64,000 bases of DNA from Acidobacteriota bacterium (GTDB lineage: Bacteria > Acidobacteriota > Polarisedimenticolia > Gp22-AA2), in the NCBI GenBank assembly GCA_046758905.1, contig JBHIBC010000006.1, positions 6,686-70,685 on the forward strand, given 5' to 3'. The notes beneath the pieces were generated by a model, which saw only the letters and a program-made list of their open reading frames with translations, made no database searches and was not told where the DNA came from. Made by a program: the position numbers and the translations under genes. Shown here piece after piece: positions 30,635-40,153 of this stretch (position 1 is the stretch's first letter; each line of letters opens with the position of its first letter).

Positions 30635-31243
30635 GTGGCGGCTTCGGGGGGGGCGCTGTCGGGGCGTCGAGCGTCGCCCGGCCCGCCCGTTCGGGGGGCG
30701 CCCGCCGGAGCCGCCAGGCGCGCGCGCGCGGCCGGAGATCTCGGCACCTCCGGGGCAGGCCTGTCGTCTCTGGTGCTGCTCCTCGTGCTCGCCCCGATCG
30801 CATCCTGCGTCCGGCCCGGAGAGGGCGCGCCTGTGGAGCAGCCGATCGCGTTCAGCCACAGGACCCACGCGGGCGATCACGATATCCCCTGTCTGTACTG
30901 CCACAGGTACGCGGAACGCTCGCCCGTCGCCGGCGTGCCCGCCGTCAACATCTGCATGGGCTGCCACGAGATCATCGGCGCGGACAGTCCGGAGGTCCAG
31001 GAGCTGACCGGGTTCTGGGAGCGGCAGGCGCCCATCGAGTGGATCAAGATCCACGACCTCCCCGACTTCGTTCGCTTCACGCACAAGCGTCACGCGCGCG
31101 CGGGGGTGGGGTGCGAGGAATGCCATGGCCCGGTGCCGACCATGGAACGGATCCAAGCGGTCGGCGAGCTGACCATGGGATGGTGTCTCGAATGCCACAG
31201 GGATCGGGACGCGGAGGACGATTGTCTGATCTGCCATCACTGA
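30635..31243 (+). CDS. actA: alternative complex III pentaheme cytochrome subunit
   Basis: QPIAFSHRTH, five CxxCH, LPDFVRFTH, TMGWCLECH; start uncertain. Confidence 0.88.
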   Translation: MAASGGALSGRRASPGPPVRGAPAGAARRARAAGDLGTSGAGLSSLVLLLVLAPIASCVRPGEGAPVEQPIAFSHRTHAGDHDIPCLYCHRYAERSPVAGVPAVNICMGCHEIIGADSPEVQELTGFWERQAPIEWIKIHDLPDFVRFTHKRHARAGVGCEECHGPVPTMERIQAVGELTMGWCLECHRDRDAEDDCLICHH

Positions 31244-31265
31244 ACCGCGCTGGGTCCGGCCCTCC

Positions 31266-34200
31266 ATGAGCTCCGCCATCGACCGGCGAAGCTTCCTGAA
31301 CCTCATGGGCGCGGCGGGGCTCGCCACCTTCACGGGCTGCGGGGGCGAAGCGCCGACCAAGCGGATCGTCCCCCACCTCGTCCAGCCCGAGGGCCTCGTG
31401 CCGGGGGTGACGACCCGGTACGCCTCCGTCTGCGGAGAGTGCCCTGCGGGCTGCGGCATCGTGGTCGCGACCCGCGACGGCAGGCCGATCAAGATCGAGG
31501 GCAATCCGGCTCACCCGAGAAGCCGGGGGGCCCTCTGCGCACGGGGCCAGGCCGCCCTGCAGGGGCTCTACAGCCCCGACAGAGTGAGGCACCCGCTCCG
31601 CAAGCCCGCCCGGGGAGGCTTCGCGAAGACCACCTGGGAGGAGTCGCTCGCCTCCCTGGGGGGAACCCTGCGGGAGCTCGGGAGGGCGGGCTCGCTGGAT
31701 CGGGTCGCGCTCGTGACCCCCCACCTCTCGGGATCGCTCGAGAGACTTGTCCGCATGTGGGTGAGCGAGCACCCCGGCGCGAGCCTTCACCGGCACGAGG
31801 CCATCTCCTACGAGCCGATCGTCAAGGCCGCCGAGATCTGCTTCGGACGAGCCGCGCTCCCGCGCTTCCGGATCGAGGACGCGGATTTGGTGGCATCCTT
31901 CGGCGCCGATTTTCTCGAGACCTGGCTGTCCCCCGTCGAGTATGCCGCCGCCTTCTCCCGCACGCGCGCCTACCGGGAGGGGAAGATCGGGCTGCTGATC
32001 TACATCGGCTCCCGGCACGGGCTCACCGCGGCCAACGCCGACGAGGTCGTCCCGATCAGGCCCGGCACCTGCGGCGCCCTCGCCCTGGGGATCATCAGGG
32101 TGATCCTCGAGGAGCGCCTTCGGAGCCTCCCGGCGCCCGTCGATCGGTCCGCGCTGAACGGTCTCGTCGCACCGTACGACGCGGCGGCGGTGTACCGGAT
32201 CACCGACGTCCCGCCCGACAGGGTGATGAGCCTCGCCCGCCGGATCGCCCGCGCCCCGCGCTGCGTGGCTCTGCCGGGCGGCGTCGAGCACAGCGGCAGC
32301 AACGCGACCGAGAACGCCGTCGCCCTGAACCTTCTCAACTATGTCCTCGGCGCGTTCGGAAGCCTGATAGAGGTCCCCGACGACGGCCCCCTTCCGGCGG
32401 GGCCGGGGCTGAAGGATCTCCCGCGACTCATCGAGAGGATGCGAAGGGGCGAGATCGGGCTCCTCCTCCTGCTCGGTGTGAACCCGGCCTACAGCGTTCC
32501 CGCAGCATCCGGCTTTCTCGAGGGGCTCGAGCGCGTGCGGACCGTCGTCTGCTGCTCCGATGCGTTCAACGAGACCACGGCCGTAAGCGATCTGGTCCTC
32601 CCGATCCATCACCCCCTGGAGGCCTGGGGAGACTCCACGCCGGGAGCGGGCATCTACGGGCTGATGCAGCCCGGGGTGCGTCCTCTGGGGGACTCCAGGC
32701 ATCCCGGCGAGGTGCTCATCGGGATCGCCAGAGCGTCGGGCCTCGGGTCGGGGAAACTCTCCGTCTACGAGACCTACTACGACTTCCTCCTGGACGCCTG
32801 GAGGGAGCTGGCGCAGGCCCGCCACCGGTCGGCGCCCTTCGAGGGCTTCTGGGAGGCCGCCCTGAGACGGGGGGGATGGTTCACCGAGCCGGAGGTCCGG
32901 CCGGTGGCGCTCTCCCCGGACGCGTTCCGGATCCCCTACCGGGAGCCGACGATCGAGGACGCCCCGGGGCCGGACGGCCCGCAGGAGGGGCATGGGGCCC
33001 CCGCCGGGCGCGTCGCCACTCTGATCGTCTACCCGTCGCTCCTGAGGTACGACGGCCGGGGAGCCAACCGGTCGTGGCTGCAGGAGGTCCCGGACCCGGT
33101 GCTCCAGAATGTCTGGGGCAGCTGCGTCGAGGTGTCCACGTCCACCGCCGCCGACATGGGGCTCAGCAGCGGGGACGTGGTCCGGGTCAGCTCGGCCCAC
33201 GGGTCCATCGAGTGTCCGGTCTACGTCTCCGGCCTGGTCTACTCCGGCGCGGTGGCGCTCGCGCTGGGGCAGGGGCACAGGGGCTACGGCCGCGGCGCGG
33301 ACGGGGCCGGGGTGAACGCCCTGGACCTGCTGCCGCTGTCCCAGGACGAGCTGTCCGGGGGGCAGGCCTACCTGAGGGTGAAGGTCCGCCTGCAGAAGAC
33401 CGGCAGGGTGGAGACCATTCCGACCCCTCAGGGCCACCCCTACGACGAGGGCCGGGGCGTCGTCCGGAGCATCAGTCTCGCCTCCATGGTGGAGCTGACG
33501 AGCGGGCGGAGGGGGCGACCCGGCGATGCGGAGCACGGGTTCAGGGACCTCCTGGAGCCGCACGAGCACCCGAAGCACCGATGGGGCATGGCGATCGACC
33601 TGAACGCCTGCATCGGGTGCAGCGCCTGCGTGGTCGCCTGCTACGCCGAGAACAACATCCCCGTCGTCGGCAAGGAGCAGTTTCGGATCGGCCGGGAGAT
33701 GGCGTGGATCCGGATCGAGAGGTTTCTCCGCGAGGATCGCCCGGGAGACACGCGCTTCCTGCCGATGCTCTGCCAGCAGTGCGAGAACGCTCCCTGCGAG
33801 CCGGTCTGCCCGGTCTACGCCACCTACCACACCGAGGAGGGCCTGAACGCGCAGGTCTACAACCGGTGCGTCGGGACGCGGTACTGCGCCAACAACTGCC
33901 CCTACAGCGCGCGGCGGTTCAACTGGTTCAGCTTCCGGTTCCCCGAGCCCCTCAACCTCCAGCTCAACCCCGACGTGACGGTTCGCTCCAAGGGCGTGAT
34001 GGAGAAGTGCACCTTCTGCGTCCAGAGGATCGTCCTGGCGAAGGATCGGGCCAAGGATCAGGACCGGGACGTGAAGGACGGCGAGATCGTGCCGGCGTGC
34101 GCCCAGACCTGCCCGACGAAGGCGATCACCTTCGGCGACCTGAAGGACCCCGACAGCCTGGTATCGAGGAAGACGCGCGACCCCCGGGGCTACAGGGTGT

Positions 34201-34271
34201 TCGAGCACCTCAACACCAAGCCGGCGATCACATACCTGAAGAAGATAACCGCAGGTGACGGACTTGTCTGA
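31266..34271 (+). CDS. actB: alternative complex III subunit B (molybdopterin-oxidoreductase-like domain + Fe-S domain)
   Basis: Tat signal DRRSFL with lipobox Cys; GRPIKIEGNP; CIGCSACVVAC, CQQCENAPC, CVGTRYCANNCP, KGVMEKCTFC. Confidence 0.93.
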   Translation: MSSAIDRRSFLNLMGAAGLATFTGCGGEAPTKRIVPHLVQPEGLVPGVTTRYASVCGECPAGCGIVVATRDGRPIKIEGNPAHPRSRGALCARGQAALQGLYSPDRVRHPLRKPARGGFAKTTWEESLASLGGTLRELGRAGSLDRVALVTPHLSGSLERLVRMWVSEHPGASLHRHEAISYEPIVKAAEICFGRAALPRFRIEDADLVASFGADFLETWLSPVEYAAAFSRTRAYREGKIGLLIYIGSRHGLTAANADEVVPIRPGTCGALALGIIRVILEERLRSLPAPVDRSALNGLVAPYDAAAVYRITDVPPDRVMSLARRIARAPRCVALPGGVEHSGSNATENAVALNLLNYVLGAFGSLIEVPDDGPLPAGPGLKDLPRLIERMRRGEIGLLLLLGVNPAYSVPAASGFLEGLERVRTVVCCSDAFNETTAVSDLVLPIHHPLEAWGDSTPGAGIYGLMQPGVRPLGDSRHPGEVLIGIARASGLGSGKLSVYETYYDFLLDAWRELAQARHRSAPFEGFWEAALRRGGWFTEPEVRPVALSPDAFRIPYREPTIEDAPGPDGPQEGHGAPAGRVATLIVYPSLLRYDGRGANRSWLQEVPDPVLQNVWGSCVEVSTSTAADMGLSSGDVVRVSSAHGSIECPVYVSGLVYSGAVALALGQGHRGYGRGADGAGVNALDLLPLSQDELSGGQAYLRVKVRLQKTGRVETIPTPQGHPYDEGRGVVRSISLASMVELTSGRRGRPGDAEHGFRDLLEPHEHPKHRWGMAIDLNACIGCSACVVACYAENNIPVVGKEQFRIGREMAWIRIERFLREDRPGDTRFLPMLCQQCENAPCEPVCPVYATYHTEEGLNAQVYNRCVGTRYCANNCPYSARRFNWFSFRFPEPLNLQLNPDVTVRSKGVMEKCTFCVQRIVLAKDRAKDQDRDVKDGEIVPACAQTCPTKAITFGDLKDPDSLVSRKTRDPRGYRVFEHLNTKPAITYLKKITAGDGLV

Positions 34272-35598
34272 GCCGCTCCGGCCGGAGCTGACGTACGGGG
34301 AGGTCAACGCCGAGCTGATGCGCACCATCCGGGCGCCCGGACCGGCCTACTACGCCGGGCTGCTCGCGACCCTCGCGGGGTGTCTCATCGGCGCCTACTC
34401 GTGGTGGACGCAGATCTACTACGGCATGGGCGTCACGGGGCTGAACAATCCGGTCGGATGGGGGATCTACATCACGAATTTCGTCTTCTGGGTGGGGATC
34501 GCGCACTCCGGCACCCTGGTCTCGGCCATACTCTTTCTCCTGCGGGCGAAGTGGCGCACCGCGATCTATCGCAGCGCCGAGGCGATGACCGTGTTCGCCG
34601 TCCTGACGGCGGGGCTCTTCCCCCTCATCCACCTCGGTCGGGTGTGGCGCTTCTACTACCTGCTGCCCTACCCGAACGAGAGGCTGCTGTTCCCGAATTT
34701 CCGCTCGCCGCTCTGCTGGGACGTCTTCGCCGTGGTGACCTATCTCACGGTCAGCAGCATGTTCCTCTATCTCGGGATGATCCCCGACCTGGCCGCCTAC
34801 AGGGACCACCACACGGGCTGGAGGAGAAGGCTGTACGGGATCCTGTCCCTACGCTGGAGGGGATCCGGTGAGCAGTGGAGGCACTACTCCAGCGCCTACG
34901 CCTTCTTCGCCGCCCTCGCCACGCCGCTGGTCATCTCGGTCCACAGCATCGTCTCGTGGGACTTCGCCATGTCGGTCCTTCCCGGGTGGCACAGCACCAT
35001 CTTCGCGCCCTATTTCGTCGCGGGCGCCATCCACTCCGGACTCTGCATGGTGATCATCATCCTGATCCCCCTGCGGAGGATGTTCAAGCTCAAGGCGTTC
35101 ATCTCGATCGACCACTTCGAGAACATCGCCAAGCTCATCATCCTGACCGGGATGATCGTCGGCTACGCGTACCTCACGGAGATGGGCATCGCCTGGTACA
35201 GCGCCAACGATTTCGAGCAGGACGTCTTCCTGTACCGCCTGTTCGGGCACTACGCGCCGTTCATGTGGATGATGCTGGTCTTCAACGCGGTGCTTCCCCT
35301 GACCTTCTTCATCCGGAGCGTGAGGAGGAACTTGTTCTGTCTCTTCCTGATCGCGGTGCTGGTCAACATCGGGATGTGGTCGGAGCGGTTCGTGATCGTG
35401 ATCACGTCGCTCGGCCATGCGTTCGATCCCTTCGCGTGGGGGGAGTACCGCATGACCTGGGTCGAGGCGGGGATCACCATCGGCTCCTTCAGCTGGTTCT
35501 TCCTGCTCTTCCTGATCTTCATCAAGATGTTCCCCTGCGTCTCGATCACGGAGATGAAGGAGGCGCTCCCCCGGCCCGCGGGAGCGAGGACGGTCTGA
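34255..35598 (+). CDS. actC: alternative complex III NrfD-like quinol-binding subunit
   Basis: NFVFWVGIAHSGTLVSA, RSAEAMT, HLGR, SVHSIVSWDF, GWHSTIF. Confidence 0.94.
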   Translation: MTDLSEPLRPELTYGEVNAELMRTIRAPGPAYYAGLLATLAGCLIGAYSWWTQIYYGMGVTGLNNPVGWGIYITNFVFWVGIAHSGTLVSAILFLLRAKWRTAIYRSAEAMTVFAVLTAGLFPLIHLGRVWRFYYLLPYPNERLLFPNFRSPLCWDVFAVVTYLTVSSMFLYLGMIPDLAAYRDHHTGWRRRLYGILSLRWRGSGEQWRHYSSAYAFFAALATPLVISVHSIVSWDFAMSVLPGWHSTIFAPYFVAGAIHSGLCMVIIILIPLRRMFKLKAFISIDHFENIAKLIILTGMIVGYAYLTEMGIAWYSANDFEQDVFLYRLFGHYAPFMWMMLVFNAVLPLTFFIRSVRRNLFCLFLIAVLVNIGMWSERFVIVITSLGHAFDPFAWGEYRMTWVEAGITIGSFSWFFLLFLIFIKMFPCVSITEMKEALPRPAGARTV

Positions 35599-35601
35599 GC
35601 C

Positions 35602-36105
35602 ATGAGGCACGCCGGCGTGCTGGGGATCTTCGACGACTTCGACTCCTTCATCCGGGCGCTGAAGGAGCTCAAGGGCATGGAGCCCGACAGGATCGTCACC
35701 TACACCCCGATCCCCTGCCACGAGGTCGCCGAGGCGCTGGACCTGCGGCCGAGCCCCATGCGGTACTTCACCCTGGCCGGCGGGCTGCTCGGCTTCGCCG
35801 CGGGCGCCGCGCTGACGATCTACTGTCCGCTGGCCTATCCCCTGGTCGTGGGCGGAAAGCCGCTGATCTCCGTTCCGCCCTATCTGATCATCGCCTTCGA
35901 GCTGACGATCCTGTTCGCGACGATCGTCAGCGCGATCGGGTTCTTCGTGCTGTCCCCGTTCCGCGAGCCGGGCGCCGCACGAGCCTACGATCCGGGGTTC
36001 TCCGAGGACCGCTTCGGCGTGCTCGTCGCGAGCCGCCGGCTCGGCGCCTCGCGTCTAGAGGATGTGCTGAACCGACATGGGGCGGTGCAGACGCGTATCC
36101 AGTAG
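35602..36105 (+). CDS. actD: alternative complex III subunit D (DUF3341)
   Basis: TYTPIP, VGGKP, FELTIL, YDPGFSEDRF. Confidence 0.9.
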   Translation: MRHAGVLGIFDDFDSFIRALKELKGMEPDRIVTYTPIPCHEVAEALDLRPSPMRYFTLAGGLLGFAAGAALTIYCPLAYPLVVGGKPLISVPPYLIIAFELTILFATIVSAIGFFVLSPFREPGAARAYDPGFSEDRFGVLVASRRLGASRLEDVLNRHGAVQTRIQ

Positions 36106-36592
36106 GGCGCCCGTCCGCGCGGCGTTGCTCGGCGCGGCGTTGCTCGGCGCGGCGCTGATCGCCGGCTGCGGGCCGCCGGAGGGCTGGCCCTGGAGGCGGA
36201 ACATGTTCGATTTCCCCGGGCCGCGCCCGCAGGAGGAGGCCCGGCGGCCCCCGGAGCACGTCCTGGCCGCGGACGGGACGGCCCGCGGCCCGGCGCCCGG
36301 CGCGGCGGGCAGGGGCGGGGCGCGAGGGTCCGTGGAGAGGGGGAAGGTGCTCTTCGAGCGGTACTGCTCGGTCTGTCACGGCCCCCTGGGGACCGGGAGG
36401 GAGCTCACCGAGGACTACCCGACGCCGGATCTGACCGAGGAGGACTACCTGCTGCGATCGGATGGCGACATCTACGCGGTGATCGTGGACGGCGGGCTCA
36501 ACATGCCGAGCTACCGAGATGCGCTCACGGAGCCCGACCGCTGGCTCGTGATCCGCTACCTGAGGACGCTGCAGAGATCCCATGCGAAGTGA
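36077..36592 (+). CDS. actE: alternative complex III monoheme cytochrome lipoprotein
   Basis: lipobox IAGC; RGKVLFERYCSVCHG; MPSY; start uncertain. Confidence 0.85.
   Translation: MGRCRRVSSRAPVRAALLGAALLGAALIAGCGPPEGWPWRRNMFDFPGPRPQEEARRPPEHVLAADGTARGPAPGAAGRGGARGSVERGKVLFERYCSVCHGPLGTGRELTEDYPTPDLTEEDYLLRSDGDIYAVIVDGGLNMPSYRDALTEPDRWLVIRYLRTLQRSHAK
36117..36157 (+). repeat. 15-bp tandem repeat (~2.7 copies) in the actE signal peptide
   Basis: GCGCGGCGTTGCTCG twice plus a partial copy; encodes AALLG AALLG AALI. Confidence 0.7.
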
Positions 36593-37817
36593 TCCGGACC
36601 CGGACATCGATCCCCCGATCGTCAGCGCGGCGCGGTGGCTGAAGGTCCTCCTGATCCTCCTTCTCATCCCCGGCCTCCTGCTCTTCGTCGGGGGAGCCCT
36701 GATGCGCCAGGAACAGAGGATCTGGCAGATCTACCTCGTCAACCTGCTGTTCTGGTCGGGATTCTCTCAGGCCGGCGTGGTGGTCTCCGCCCTGCTGAAC
36801 GTGACGAACGGGAGGTGGGGCAGGAACCTGCGCCACATCATCGCCGGGCTGGCGCTTTTCTCCCCCGTCGCCTTCGTCCTGTTCCTCCTCCTGTTCATCG
36901 GCCGGGAGTCGATCTTCCCGTGGATCGAGAGCCCCGTCCCGGAAAAGTCGGCCTGGCTCGACATCACCCACCTCTTCGTCCGCGAGACCTTCAACCTCCT
37001 CCTCCTGAATATCCTGAACGGCGTGTTCCTCTACTTCTCCTTCCGCCCCGATGCCGGCCTCGTGGTGGCGAGGCGGGGCGCCGGATCGCACTTCCTGCTG
37101 AGGCGCATCAGCTCGGGGTGGAGGGGCCGCGACGAGGAGAGGCGACACTGCGAGATCGCTCTGACGCGGCTGTCGCCGGTCCTGCTGCTCGCCTACGCGA
37201 TCGTCTATTCGCTCGTGGCCTTTGATTTCGTCATGTCCCTGGACCCGCTCTGGTACAGCACCCTCTTCGGCGCCTATTACTTCATCACCAACCTCTACAT
37301 GGGGCTCGCTGGCATCGCGGTCGTCGCCATCGTCCTGCGCCGCGCGTTCGGGCTGGAGGCCCACATCACGGGATCGCACTGTCACGACCTCGGGACTCTG
37401 ATCTTCGCCTTCTGCATGATCGCCCTCGACTTCTTCTGGTCCCAGTACCTGGTGATCTGGTACGGGAACATCCCGGAGGAGATCGCCTTTCTGGTCAGGA
37501 GGATCAACGAGGATCGGTGGCGGCCTTTCACCCTGGCGGTGCTCGGGGCCTGCTTCGTGCTTCCCCTGCTGATCCTCCTGAGCCGCAGGGTCAAGAGAAC
37601 GCCCCGACTGCTGCTGCCCGTCGCCTGCCTCGTCTTCGGGAGCGTGTGGCTCGAGCGATACGTGCTCGTCGTCCCGACCATCTGGCACGGCGAGAGCGCC
37701 CCGTTCGCTCTCCCGGAGCTCGTGGTATCGGTGGCTTTTCTCTCCGGGTTCGTCCTGGTCTACCTCGCCTTTCTCGAGCGGTTCCCCATCCTCCCCTCCG
37801 ACGCGCGGCGGGCATGA
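36582..37817 (+). CDS. actF: alternative complex III subunit F
   Basis: polytopic; AFDFVMSLDPLWYSTLFG, HDLG, SQYLVIWYGNIPEE. Confidence 0.92.
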   Translation: MRSDPDPDIDPPIVSAARWLKVLLILLLIPGLLLFVGGALMRQEQRIWQIYLVNLLFWSGFSQAGVVVSALLNVTNGRWGRNLRHIIAGLALFSPVAFVLFLLLFIGRESIFPWIESPVPEKSAWLDITHLFVRETFNLLLLNILNGVFLYFSFRPDAGLVVARRGAGSHFLLRRISSGWRGRDEERRHCEIALTRLSPVLLLAYAIVYSLVAFDFVMSLDPLWYSTLFGAYYFITNLYMGLAGIAVVAIVLRRAFGLEAHITGSHCHDLGTLIFAFCMIALDFFWSQYLVIWYGNIPEEIAFLVRRINEDRWRPFTLAVLGACFVLPLLILLSRRVKRTPRLLLPVACLVFGSVWLERYVLVVPTIWHGESAPFALPELVVSVAFLSGFVLVYLAFLERFPILPSDARRA

Positions 37818-38000
37818 AGCCAACGCCGCCCGGGGAGCGCAGATTGCGCGCCCTTCCGGGAAGCACGCGTGCAAATTTTTCGCCCGGGAAGTATAATCCC
37901 CCGCATCTCTTACGGCCCACGGGGGACATGATGAGGACCGGAGGAGGCCCCCGGGCCCGCCGCGGGGCAGGAGGCCGGGGCAGAGACGGGGCCCTCGCGG

Positions 38001-38017
38001 CAGGCACGCTTGTTGCA
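38001..38017 (+). promoter_or_regulatory. putative sigma54 promoter
   Basis: CAGGCACGCTTGTTGCA: GG-N10-GC, near consensus. Confidence 0.7.
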
Positions 38018-38078
38018 GTCCTTCAAGTGCGAGTTCCTGCGAAGGCAGCTCCTGCGGCCCGCTGACGAGGGGCGGCGA

Positions 38079-38096
38079 TTGTGAAACATTTCACAT
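38079..38096. promoter_or_regulatory. Rex-type / CRP-type operator palindrome
   Basis: TTGTGAA-ACAT-TTCACAT; one mismatch to Rex TTGTGAAN4TTCACAA, exact CRP core TGTGA-N6-TCACA; AT-rich in a GC-rich background. Confidence 0.7.
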
Positions 38097-38109
38097 ACTG
38101 AGGCGCGCG

Positions 38110-39276
38110 GTGCGGACAGGGTCGAGCCAACGGCGCTGGAGCCGCCTGATCCGGGGGATCCTCCCCCTCCTCCTGATCGCCCTCGCCCCGGCGCCGGGCG
38201 CCGCCGGGGCTGACGGCCGCAGGCGGTCGGACCGGGGCCGGCCGGCCGCCGAGCTGGTGTGGCCCCTCCCTCCCGACCCGCCACGCATACGCTACGTCGA
38301 CTCCCTTCGGGGGAGCTCGAACTTCAGGAAGAAGCCGAGCCGCTGGAGGCGCTTCCTCCTCGGCCCCGAGACCGACCGCGGGATCTCCCTGAGGAAGCCC
38401 TATGGGGTCACCACCGACGCCGCGGGGCGGGTCTACGTCTCCGACACGGGGCTCGGCGCCGTGGTCGTATTCGATCGGGATGCCCGGGAGGTCCGCCTGC
38501 TGGGCCACGAGGGGCGCGTCGGTCTCGTGACGCCGATCGGGCTCGCCCTGGACGAGCGGGGGAGGCTGTTCGTCTCCGACGCCGATCTCGATCGCGTCTT
38601 CTGCTTCGGCGGCGAGGGCGAGGTCCTGCTCTCCCTCGGCAGGGAGGAGGGGCTGCACAACCCCGCCGGCCTGGCCATCGACACCGTGCGCCACAGGCTG
38701 TACGTGGCGGACAGCCACCTCCACCGCATCTTCCTGTACTCGACCGACGGCCTGTATCTGACCGCCTGGGGCTCCCGGGGCCGCGCGGAGGGCCATTTCA
38801 ACTTCCCGACCAACCTGGCCCTGGACGCCGGGGGGAACCTCCACGTCGTCGACACGGGCAACTTCCGGGTCCAGATATTCAGCCCCGACGGCGAGTTCCT
38901 CTCGGCGTTCGGCGAGATCGGGGACGGGCCGGGCCGCTTCCATAGACCCAAGGGGATCGGCCTGGACAGCGAGGGGCACATCTACGTCGCCGACGCCGCC
39001 TTCAACAACTTCCAGATCTTCAACCAGGGGGGGGAGCTCCTCCTCTTCGTGGGGACGCTCGGAAGCGGCCCGGGCAATTTCTGGCTGCCGGCCGGCATCC
39101 ACGTCGACCGCTCGGACCGCATCTACGTCGTCGACCAGATCAACGCGCGCGTGCAGATCTTCCAGTACCTGCCGGAGGCGGGAGCGCTCCCGGCCGGGTC
39201 GGATGCGACCGGGGCCGGCGAGCCGCGGCAGGTCCCACCGGGCCCGCAGCGGTCGGCCGCTGCGCGCCGGCCGTGA
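38110..39276 (+). CDS. secreted NHL-repeat (6-bladed beta-propeller) protein
   Basis: VWP.PP..PRI N-terminus; repeats of P.G.A.D..G.LYVAD. Confidence 0.92.
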   Translation: MRTGSSQRRWSRLIRGILPLLLIALAPAPGAAGADGRRRSDRGRPAAELVWPLPPDPPRIRYVDSLRGSSNFRKKPSRWRRFLLGPETDRGISLRKPYGVTTDAAGRVYVSDTGLGAVVVFDRDAREVRLLGHEGRVGLVTPIGLALDERGRLFVSDADLDRVFCFGGEGEVLLSLGREEGLHNPAGLAIDTVRHRLYVADSHLHRIFLYSTDGLYLTAWGSRGRAEGHFNFPTNLALDAGGNLHVVDTGNFRVQIFSPDGEFLSAFGEIGDGPGRFHRPKGIGLDSEGHIYVADAAFNNFQIFNQGGELLLFVGTLGSGPGNFWLPAGIHVDRSDRIYVVDQINARVQIFQYLPEAGALPAGSDATGAGEPRQVPPGPQRSAAARRP

Positions 39277-39293
39277 CGCCGTCCCCACCCATC

Positions 39294-39310
39294 CCGGCAC
39301 GGCTCTCGCA
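39294..39310 (+). promoter_or_regulatory. putative internal sigma54 promoter for the OmcE-like gene
   Basis: CCGGCACGGCTCTCGCA: GG-N10-GC, 50 nt before ATG 39360. Confidence 0.55.
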
Positions 39311-39359
39311 TATGCGGATAGGCCGCGAATGTATGGATCCACCAAAAGGAGATCGAGTC

Positions 39360-40067
39360 ATGAAGATCAGCCGTCTAACCCTCCTGCCCGGGGCGCTCGC
39401 GCTCGTCGTGGGCGTCCTCACGGAGCCGGCCTTCTCCCAGGCCAACATCATCGACACCAAGCACAACCTGTCCTCGACCGCCGGGGCGGACCAGATCGTC
39501 GACAAGTCGACGGACGAGGATCAGATCTGCGTCTTCTGCCACACGCCGCACCAGGCGAGCCCCAGCGCCCCGCTCTGGAACCACACCCAGTCCACGACCA
39601 TGTCCTACGGGGTGTACGGGTCCTCGACCCTCGACGCCTCGGACATCGCCGACATCGGGGGCGGAACGGACGTCTCGAACCTGTGCATGAGCTGCCACGA
39701 CGGCACCGTGGGCGTGAACGACCTCGGGAACCCCGCCAACGACACGGGCGGGAACCCGACCATGGGGACCGGCAACGAGCTGGACGCCACCGGGAAGATT
39801 CTCGGCACCCGATCGGCCAACCTGTCGACCGATCTGAGCAACGACCATCCGGTCAACTTCACCTACGACGCGGCCCTGGCCACCGCCGACGGCGAGCTGC
39901 AGACGCCGGACTCGGTCGACTTCGTGGACGCCGCCAAGACCGTCCCGCTGTTCTCGGCCAAGGTGCAGTGCGCCAGCTGCCACGATCCCCACGACAACAC
40001 GAATCCTCCCTTCCTCGTCAGATCCAACGTCGGCAGCGGCCTGTGCCTCACCTGTCACGCGAAGTGA
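39360..40067 (+). CDS. OmcE-like tetraheme cytochrome c (candidate cytochrome nanowire subunit)
   Basis: AGGAG RBS; Sec signal; TKHNLS, DQICVFCHTPH, PLWN, CMSCHDG, TDLSNDHPVNF, CASCHDPHDNT..PFL, GS.LCLTCH.K match my recollection of Geobacter OmcE. Confidence 0.85.
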   Translation: MKISRLTLLPGALALVVGVLTEPAFSQANIIDTKHNLSSTAGADQIVDKSTDEDQICVFCHTPHQASPSAPLWNHTQSTTMSYGVYGSSTLDASDIADIGGGTDVSNLCMSCHDGTVGVNDLGNPANDTGGNPTMGTGNELDATGKILGTRSANLSTDLSNDHPVNFTYDAALATADGELQTPDSVDFVDAAKTVPLFSAKVQCASCHDPHDNTNPPFLVRSNVGSGLCLTCHAK

Positions 40068-40153
40068 CGGACGATCGATAGCGGCGGTGAGGCCCCCCGC
40101 CCTCCCGACAGCCGGGGGCGGGCCCACCGCAACCCCCGCATGGACGCCGCCTC

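Noticed and set aside
31077-34328. Long antisense or alternate-frame ORFs (also 5323..7995, 15757..18393, 40055..42820, 48902..51832 and others)
   Set aside because: Arg/Pro/Gly/Ala-rich, motif-free shadows of well-supported genes
37892-38065. TATAAT at 37892 and a short ORF (MMRTGG...) between actF and the NHL gene
   Set aside because: The -35 is poor, and the ORF is low-complexity and overlaps the sigma54 motif; treated as regulatory spacer
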